Shown one piece after another: positions 55,985-64,000 of a DNA stretch of 64,000 bases (position 1 is its first letter; each line of letters begins with the position of its first letter). Below the pieces are notes generated by a model. It was not told where the DNA came from. It saw only the letters and a list, made by a program, of their open reading frames with translations, and did not search any database. Made by a program: the position numbers and the translations under genes. Source of the stretch: Macrostomum lignano (lineage: Eukaryota); the NCBI GenBank assembly GCA_002269645.1, contig NIVC01003579.1, forward strand, positions 1 to 64,000. Direction: 5' to 3'.

Positions 55985-56215
55985 AGGAGAGGACAGGAGA
56001 GGAGAGGAGAGGAGAGGAGAGGAGAGTAGAGTAGAGGGGAGGAGAGGAGGGAGAGGAGAGGAGAGGAGAGGGGAGGAGAGGAGAGGAGAGGAGAGGAGAG
56101 TAGACTAGAGGAGAGGAGAGGAGAGGAGAAGAGAGGAGAAGAGAGGAGAGAAGAAGGGAGCAGAGGAGAGGAGAGGAGAGTAGGGGAGAGGAGAGGCAAG
56201 AAGGGAGAGCGAACA
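55985..56215. repeat. (GGAGA)n microsatellite
   Basis: Direct reading. Confidence 0.95.
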
Positions 56216-56984
56216 TAGATGACTGGAACTGCAGGGTGAGCCAGTACCAGTGACCTCCCAGTCGCCGCCATTTTAGTTATACCCCCCCAGGCAAAATTTA
56301 AAGCGGTCAGCGATCGAAGCAGTATAAAATGGCTCGCTTCTTTCCATCGCTTCTTTAACTCCAGGTGTTGCCATAAAGACTTAACAGAGGCGCACAGTGT
56401 ACGGTGCAGTAAAACTGGTGCAGCTGCCCTCCCCCTCGAAAAAAGTATGATTTTTTGCCAACGCAAAAGTATGCCCTCTCGAAATGCGCTGCGATCTGTG
56501 TACTTTTCGGATTTGCTTCTGCTGCGAGTCCTTGATCGAGGCGCAAGCCAGGAACAGGGGGGTGCGGAACTGCTGAACGCTTGGAAATTCGTTCCTACTA
56601 GAAGAAGCATTGCCAGAAAAAGGAGAGAGAGAGTTTATAAGAGGCAGAAAATATTGGTGACGGCAGGTGCAATGGATGCAGCTGCTCCTAGGGAAGGAAA
56701 CGGATCATCTCGCCTTGTTTTTACTTGGATCCCGAGCTTCCCACCCCAGTGCCAATGGTCAGATTTTTGGCACAGTTAGAAGTCGCCCCGCAGCATATGT
56801 GATGGGTTTTGGGGGCCACCTGCCTGAAAGCCTGCAGTCCTGCCATGAATTTGTCTAATGAGTAGTCTGCGTCTTCTTTATGTCTTTAATTTCTTGTCTT
56901 GCCAATCTGCCTTATAATTCATATTCTTTGATGCATCAATGTCCCGCTTCCTCCATTCTCTTTTTCAAGCGTCCGTCTCACTGC

Positions 56985-57560
56985 CCCTCTCTGACTCCCT
57001 GCCCTCTCTGACTCCCTGCCCCTCTCTGACTCCCTGCCCCTCTCTGACTCCCTGCCCCTCTCTGACTCCCTGCCCCTCTCTGACTCCCTGCCCCTCTCTG
57101 ACTCCCTGCCCCTCTCTGACTCCCTGCCCCTCTCTGACTCCCTGCCCCTCTCTGACTCCCTGCCCCTCTCTGACTCCCTGCCCCTCTCTGACTCCCTGCC
57201 CCTCTCTGACTCCCTGCCCTCTCTGACTCCCTGCCCTCTCTGACTCCCTGCCCTCTCTGACTCCCTGCCCTCTCTGACTCCCTGCCCTCTCTGACTCCCT
57301 GCCCCTCTCTGACTCCCTGCCCTCTCTGACTCCCTGCCCCTCTCTGACTCCCTGCCCCTCTCTGACTCCCTGCCCTCTCTGACTCCCTGCCCTCTCTGAC
57401 TCCCTGCCCCTCTCTGACTCCCTGCCCTCTCTGACTCCCTGCCCTCTCTGACTCCCTGCCCTCTCTGACTTCCTGCCCCTCTCTGACTCCCTGCCCCTCT
57501 CTGACTCCCTGCCCTCTCTGACTCCCTGCCCTCTCTGACTCCCTGCCCCTCTCTGACTCC
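56985..57560. repeat. 17/18-bp minisatellite
   Basis: CTGACTCCCTGCCC(C)TCT. Confidence 0.97.
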
Positions 57561-58009
57561 TTGCCTCTTCTCTCCATTCCCCTCTTTACTTCACAAAGCC
57601 ACGCCCCAGCCCAGCCGTCCCCTCCTCCCCGATGTTTTCAAAACTTTTAAACCAGCGCACGAACAAAGCCATCTGAAACACAAAAGGACACCCCATGGCG
57701 GCGCTGGATTCCCAATTTTCATGGCGACGCCGTGTTAGCTTAGGCAAGGCAGAACAATTAACAAAGCAGCACCTCCCAATCCTCGTGACCAATTCCTTCC
57801 AGACTTTTACTTCTGCTATTTTTGAATAGACAAAAACACCAGACAGACTTAAGCGCGATGAAACGCAGCTAAAATCTGTGAAACAACATCTCTCAGCTGA
57901 GAGACAAAGAGAGCCAACGCATTCGTAGGAAACGGTGTGGGCTGAGCTGTGGTTGCTGTTTGCCGGCTTGAATGGCCTGCCTATCTGCCTGATCTGCTAT
58001 ATTCGATAT

Positions 58010-59766
58010 TTCCCGTAGCTCAAATCTAGAAATGCCCCCTCCCCGTAGCTCAAATCTAGAAATCCCCCCTCCCCGTAGCTCAAATCTAGAAATCCCCCCT
58101 CCCCGTAGCTCAAATCTAGAAATCCCCCCTCCCCGTAGCTCAAATCTAGAAATCCCCCTTCCCCGTAGCTCAAATCTAGAAACCCCCCCGTAGCTCAAAT
58201 CTAGACATCTCACCCTCCCCGTAGCTCAAATCTAGAAATCCCCCCTTCCGTAGCTCAAATCTAGAAATCCCCCTCCCCGTAGCTCAAGTCTAGAAATCCC
58301 CCCTCCCCGTAGCTCAAATCTAGAAATGCCCCCTCCCCGTAGCTCAAATCTAGAAACCCCCCGTAGCTCAAATCTAGACATCTCACCCTCCCCGTAGCTC
58401 AAATCTAGAAATCCCCCCTTCCGTAGCTCAAATCTAGAAATCCCACCCTCCCCGTAGCTTAAATCTAGAAATCCCCCCTCCCCGTAGCTCAAATCTAGAA
58501 ATCCCACCCTCCCCGTAGCTCAAATCTAGAAATCTCACCCTCCCCGTAGCTCAAATCTAGAAATCTCACCCCCCGTAGCTCAAATCTAGACATCTCACCC
58601 TCCCCGTAGCTCAAATCTAGAAATCCCCCCTCCCCGTAGCTCAAATCTAGAAATCCCACCCTCCCCGTAGCTTAAATCTAGAAATCCCCCCTCCCCGTAG
58701 CTCAAATCTAGAAATCCCACCCTCCCCGTAGCTCAAATCTAGAAATCTCCCTCCCCGTAGCTCAAATCTAGAAATCTCACCCTCCCCGTAGCTCAAATCT
58801 AGAAATCTCACCCTTCCCGTAGCTTAAATCTAGAAATCTCACCCTCCCCGTAGCTCAAATCTAGAAATCTCCCCTCCCCGTAGCTCAAATCTAGAAATCT
58901 CACCCTCCCCGTAGCTCAAATCTAGAAATCCCACCCTCCCCGTAGCTTAAATCTAGAAATCCCCCCTCCCCGTAGCTCAAATCTAGAAATCCCACCCTCC
59001 CCGTAGCTTAAATCTAGAAATCCCCCCTCCCCGTAGCTCAAATCTAGAAATCCCACCCTCCCCGTAGCTCAAATCTAGAAATCTCCCTCCCCGTAGCTCA
59101 AATCTAGAAATCTCACCCTCCCCGTAGCTCAAATCTAGAAATCTCACCCTTCCCGTAGCTTAAATCTAGAAATCTCACCCTCCCCGTAGCTCAAATCTAG
59201 AAATCCCCCCTCCCCGTAGCTCAAATCTAGAAATCTCACCCTCCCCGTAGCTCAAATCTAGAAATCTCACCCTTCCCGTAGCTCAAATCTAGAAATCCCC
59301 CTCCCCGTAGCTCAAATCTAGAAATCCCCCTCCCCGTAGCTCAAATCTAGACATCTCACCCTCCCCGTAGCTCAAATCTAGAAATCCCCCCTCCCCGTAG
59401 CTCAAATCTAGAAATCCCCCCTCCCCGTAGCTCAAATCTAGAAATCCCCCCTCCCCGTAGCTCAAATCTAGAAATCTCACCCTCCCCGTAGCTCAAATCT
59501 AGAAATCTCACCCTTCCCGTAGCTCAAATCTAGAAATCCCCCCTCCCCGTAGCTCAAATCTAGAAATCCCCCCTCCCCGTAGCTCAAATCTAGACATCTC
59601 ACCCTCCCCGTAGCTCAAATCTAGAAATCCCCCCTCCCCGTAGCTCAAATCTAGAAATCCCCCCTCCCCGTAGCTCAAATCTAGAAATCCCCCCTCCCCG
59701 TAGCTCAAATCTAGAAATCTCACCCTCCCCGTAGCTCAAATCTAGAAATCTCACCCTTCCCGTAGA
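58010..59766. repeat. ~30-bp minisatellite
   Basis: GTAGCTCAAATCTAGAAATCCCCCCTCCCC with variable C-runs. Confidence 0.97.
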
Positions 59767-60479
59767 TATGATAATAAACCATGGAGCGAATTCCAATGGC
59801 GTATATTTTTCATTTAAATCGAAAATAAAGGCATTATGAAAACTCTCTATTCACTACTTGTTCAAGTAGCCGATAAAATTCAGGATAAAGCAAAAACACA
59901 TTTACTCGATTGATTCAATGCAGAGCTTCTCTTATTAAAACGGAAAGATGGGGTATGGCTAGGTTAGCAACTCAAAATCGGAAACAAATTCATTGTCTAA
60001 ATCGAGAAGCTCGCAATATCCTATGTGTTGGTATGGCTATAGAATACAATGTAAAGCAATTTTTTTAAAGAGACTATTTTATTTCACAACGCAAAAAGTT
60101 CGATGACTGAATCCTTGCTTGGTTAAGCAGTTTAAAAACACTATTGTGGTAGATGCGTGGGATGTGTCATCCAGTTACGCTTGTAAATAGAAAGGTTTGG
60201 TTATACAGAAAATTCGGTTTTTATGATTGAATTTAAACAAAATTCAATTTTTGCGTGGAAGCCTCCCAAATGCGGCATAAGTGCATGAGAGCTCGAAAAT
60301 ATTCTAAAAAGCATATCAGAGACTCCATATACATTACTTGCGTGTTCCCTAGAAGGTTTTTTGGCTATTTGCTTTATTGTTTGACATTGGCTAAGAGCCA
60401 GAAGAAAAAGCGCATTTAGCTGACTAGAATCACTTGCTTATAGCGTGATCTCTGACGTTCAATGGCTTCAGAATTGAAT

Positions 60480-60830
60480 TCTCAAGGTCAAATCCGGGGG
60501 GGAGGGAGAATCCTAGCATCTCGCCTCTCAAGGTCAAATGGGAACGGCCAACCAATCAGCATCGGAGGGGAGAGAATCCTAGAATCTCGCCTCTCAAGGT
60601 CAAATGGGAACTGCCAGCTAATCGGCATCGGGGGAGGGAGAATCCTAGCATCTCGCCTCTCAAGGTCAAATGGGAACTGCCAGCCAATGAGCATCGGGGG
60701 GAGGGAGAATCCTAGCATCTCGCCTCTCAAGGTCAAATGGGAACTGCCAGCCAATGAGCATCGGGGGGAGGGAGAATCCTAGCATCTCGCCTCTCAAGGT
60801 CAAATGGGAGCTGCCAGCCAATGAGCACCA
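60480..60830. repeat. 66/67-bp tandem repeat x5
   Basis: GAGAATCCTAGCATCTCGCCTCTCAAGGTCAAATGGGAACTGCCAGCCAATGAGCATCGGGGGAGG at ~60506, 60572, 60638, 60705 and 60772. Confidence 0.93.
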
Positions 60831-61099
60831 ACTAGGGTGAGAGTAGCTTCTCAAGTTGTTACATCTCGACTAGATTTTACCAAATAAAAAGTTGACTATG
60901 CGTGTAGGACTAGTGGTGCAGTCAGTTCGGAAACTGCATGACAACAGGCAAAGTTAAGAAAACAAGATTCTGCATCGATTGCGAATATACGTAATGTTCT
61001 AGAAATGTTGTCCATCTAACATTTAACTAACACTTCTCTCCGACTGATTACTATATAAAAATTAGACACTAGATTTGAAACAAAAAGCAGAAAGCCAGG

Positions 61100-61450
61100 G
61101 ACTTGAATTAAAATGAAATTCATGCCATGGATCGTGGATACACAGCTTTCATTGTAGATCCTTACTCGACAAAGTCGGTCTGTTTCTTAGTTAGACGATG
61201 TTAGCATTACGTCATGATTTACCTGGGGCTGTTGGGACAGCCTCACAGATGACTGGATGCTCAGTGCGGGAGAAGAGTTGGCAGTTGCTTGAGCATCTGA
61301 TGAGGACAGGCACGAGTAGATTCCTGGTCGGTAGAGTCGTCCTACTCGAGGTGCCATCTGGGACGCATCGCCGTCAGATTTTTGTTGAATCGCTTTGGGA
61401 GTTGCCGAGTGAGCTTGGTTATGATAAAAATGGCAGGTGTTACCGCTTCA
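61100..61450 (-). mobile_element. Possible highly degraded LINE RT relic
   Basis: Across frameshifts: VP, D..YRP, LL.PVL and KKQTDFVE*GSTMKAV resemble YRPISLL...Q.GF...RST of LINE RT; weak. Confidence 0.3.
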
Positions 61451-61754
61451 TGATCTAAATATATCCTTAAAACAATGCAACATGGTTAATATTGAAGACA
61501 GGCAACAGCAACTCATTAGAAATTCTTAAAACTCATTAGTTTTCTTAAAACGCGGGTGCGTTACAGAAAAATTTTCCACGAAACAGTCTCCCGTTTCTTA
61601 TTTTTACCGGTGCTTAAACTGAATTAATTTAAACCTTAACGTCGCAGCTTTTTTAAAGACTCTTTTTACTGCAGTTTAAATGTTGATTTTTTAACCACTC
61701 AGAGTCGTACTACTCATAATAGATAGAAGGAAAGATCCAAGGCAATACATTAGA

Positions 61755-63708
61755 TCAATCAGAACTATTAAGGCTGTACTCACGACTTCCGCGATGAGAA
61801 TATTCGCTAGGATTATCCGCGCTTACTACTGGTCCATGATTGGACATCGGTAGCGAAAAATTTGACTGAGGATTTCCATACGATCCTCGGTTCCTGCTAG
61901 GGTGCAGTCCGCCGTCGCCGCCATCACCTGTGAAGAAGGTGTGCTGGTCTCGAATGTCGCCAGACATAGGCGCAGTGGTGGGCGACAGTCTGCAGTGGGG
62001 CAATGGGATTCATGTGTGCCGGGGCTTTAGAACCAGGGGCTTTAGAACCAGGGGCTTTAGAACCAGGGGCTTTAGAACCAGGGGCTTTAGAACCAGGGGC
62101 TTTAGAACCAGGGGCTTTAGAACCAGGGGCTTTAGAACCAGGGGCTTTAGAACCAGGGGCTTTAGAACCAGGGGCTTTAGAACCAGGGGCTTTAGAACCA
62201 GGGGCTTTAGAACCAGGGGCTTTAGAACCAGGGGCTTTAGAACCAGGGGCTTTAGAACCAGGGGCTTTAGAACCAGGGGCTTTAGAACCAGGGGCTTTAG
62301 AACCAGGGGCTTTAGAACCAGGGGCTTTAGAACCAGGGGCTTTAGAACCAGGGGCTTTAGAACCAGGGGCTTTAGAACCAGGGGCTTTAGAACCAGGGGC
62401 TTTAGAACCAGGGGCTTTAGAACCAGGGGCTTTAGAACCAGGGGCTTTAGAACCAGGGGCTTTAGAACCAGGGGCATTAGCGTCACCGGCGCCAACACCA
62501 GGGGAACACCAAATGCTTTAGTCAGTTTAAGGGTCAGTTAAAGCTATTAACGTGTGCTCAAACCTCAAACTAATGCTGCAAACTAAACTCACATTACCAT
62601 GTCTAATCTAAATTCAAACTTCTCAAAGCCATATTCCAGTTAAAATGCTCTGAACCTGCACTTACTCCAAGCCTCCACCGTAGATGTCGCCTTTGACAAG
62701 CGCTGGTACTGTCACCTGCTGGTGCCTCGGCTGCTGCTGCTGCTGCTGGCAGACGCACTGACGGCAGCTGTGACACGAAGCCGACGAAGCAGATTTTGGA
62801 ATAACAGCTTCTAAACTGTTGGCCTTCGTCGGTGCAGACTGAGGATCAGCTTTTCTAGTAGCTCCAGTTTCCACTGCTTCAGCCACTTGTCTCTGCTCAC
62901 AGACTCTGACCAGACGAGGTGGCATAACGTTCAGCGTGCCGGCCTCCTCCCCGGCCGACACCGTGGGAGTCGAGGACACCGTTGGCGGGGTTGGGATCGT
63001 TGGTTTAGTCTGCTTTTGAGTTAGAACTGTTCTGGGCTGCTGCTGACGAGGCGACTCCCGCAGCTGCTGACAATGCAACTCCCCCTGTTGCTGACTAGGC
63101 GACTCCCGCAGCTGCTGACAATGCAACTCCCCCTGCTGCTGACGAGGCGACTCCCGCAGCTGTTGACAAAGCAACTCCCCCTGCTGCTGACGAGGCGACT
63201 CCCGCTGCTGGTCATTGGCAAGCATCGTGCCAATCTCCGACACTCTGGTGGAAGTTCCACAAGTCAGCGGCGCTGGAATCTTGGGAAAAGATGCGGCAGC
63301 AGACGTTGCACCGGCCACGGAGCGACTCTGCAACTTGTGAGTTGTGTCGCTCTCGCTGACGAAGATGGTTTGAAATGGCTTCAGCTTGGCTTGATGAGGC
63401 GTTTGAGTCAGGTCAAGTATTGAAGAATGACCTGCGGTGTGTTGAGGGTTAAATTTTTACCATTTCTACCTATAAAATATCTGGTCCGCAAAGTTCGCTG
63501 ACCCTCAAGAGCAACCATTTTCTCAGAATATTTTTACCCGGGCACCCGTCGTCAGGAAAAGCGGCCGTGCTCAAAACCCAATCGGGTGACAAGGGTTTTC
63601 CAAGCCGACTGCCAAGCAGTTTTAGCGAATCTCCAATTGGTTCGTGCAGCGACAGTTCCGCTCGGATTGTGTTCGTCCACAGCGGCAGCACCGACTCGCG
63701 GTAGCGTT
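61755..63708 (-). CDS. 3' exons of an unrecognised multi-exon gene, mostly low complexity; 5' end beyond the window
   Basis: Phase-compatible model: exon 63708-63538 (acceptor CCACCAG, donor GTAAAA), exon 63431-62666 (acceptor ACCGCAG, donor GTAAGT, contains 48-bp RESPRQQQGELHCQQL repeats), terminal exon 61989-61755 (acceptor CCACTGCAG). No family recognised; the donor of the first exon is uncertain. Confidence 0.55.
62020..62476. repeat. Perfect 15-bp minisatellite x~30, in the inferred intron 61990-62665
   Basis: GGGGCTTTAGAACCA with no visible variants. Confidence 0.98.
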
Positions 63709-63824
63709 CTGGTGGGCGGATGCAATATTAATGCACTTATGAAATTTTAATTTCACCAATCGATCAAGTTGGCTTTCACCCTTACCTGCTGTATTCTAAG
63801 CCTCATTAGTAATGGGTTCTAATC

Positions 63825-63990
63825 CTCACCGGTAATGGACTCTATCCCTCACCAAAAATGGACTCTACCCCTCACCAGTAATACGAGTTAGATTCTACCC
63901 TCCACCAGTAATGGATTCTACCCCTCACCGGTAATGGGTTGTACCCCTCACCGGTAATGGGTTGTACACCTCAAGGGTAATGGGTTCTAC
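63825..63990. repeat. Degenerate ~23-bp repeat
   Basis: ACCRGTAATGGRYTCTACCCCTC. Confidence 0.8.
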
Positions 63991-64000
63991 ATCTCCTGAT

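Noticed and set aside
56260-57740. Promoter-like motifs (GCCGCCATTTT ~56265, GCCACGCCCC ~57597, CCATGGCGGCG ~57694)
   Set aside because: Isolated short motif matches with no gene start that could be linked to them.
63470-63691. Death-domain resemblance (IGDSLKLLGSRLG..ILRKW)
   Set aside because: The key Trp is absent in the first motif, and the ILRKW part is intronic in the preferred splice model; needs a profile search.

Overview
Eukaryotic (animal) genomic DNA: GC-rich exons separated by AT-rich or minisatellite-filled introns and spacers, with standard code and GT-AG splicing. The style resembles the free-living flatworm Macrostomum lignano, but that is an unverified inference. No prokaryotic operons, CRISPR arrays, rRNA or intact tRNA genes were found. 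Host genes are: dishevelled (+, 7 coding exons 8032-20145, exon 1 upstream of the window); a mitochondrial-type arginase (+, 4 exons 24363-28237); an intronless M1 aminopeptidase (-, 35085-37420, one frameshift); an intronless, multiply frameshifted class A peptide GPCR (-, 46721-48059); and the 3' part of an unrecognised spliced gene (-, 61755-63708). Mobile DNA comprises: a spliced Mutator/NOF-like transposase-Ulp1 protease-PHD gene (61-3401); a Penelope-like GIY-YIG remnant with a minimal hammerhead ribozyme (6512-7260); four MITEs with visible TIRs and TSDs; a tRNA-derived CORE-SINE (~54884-55170); and two doubtful LINE relics. About 30 tandem arrays cover a large part of the window. The most striking pattern is that every long intron holds its own minisatellite running up to the 3' splice site, including one intron that is almost pure (ACT)n. 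Several arrays also share sequence cores with each other and with a MITE interior.
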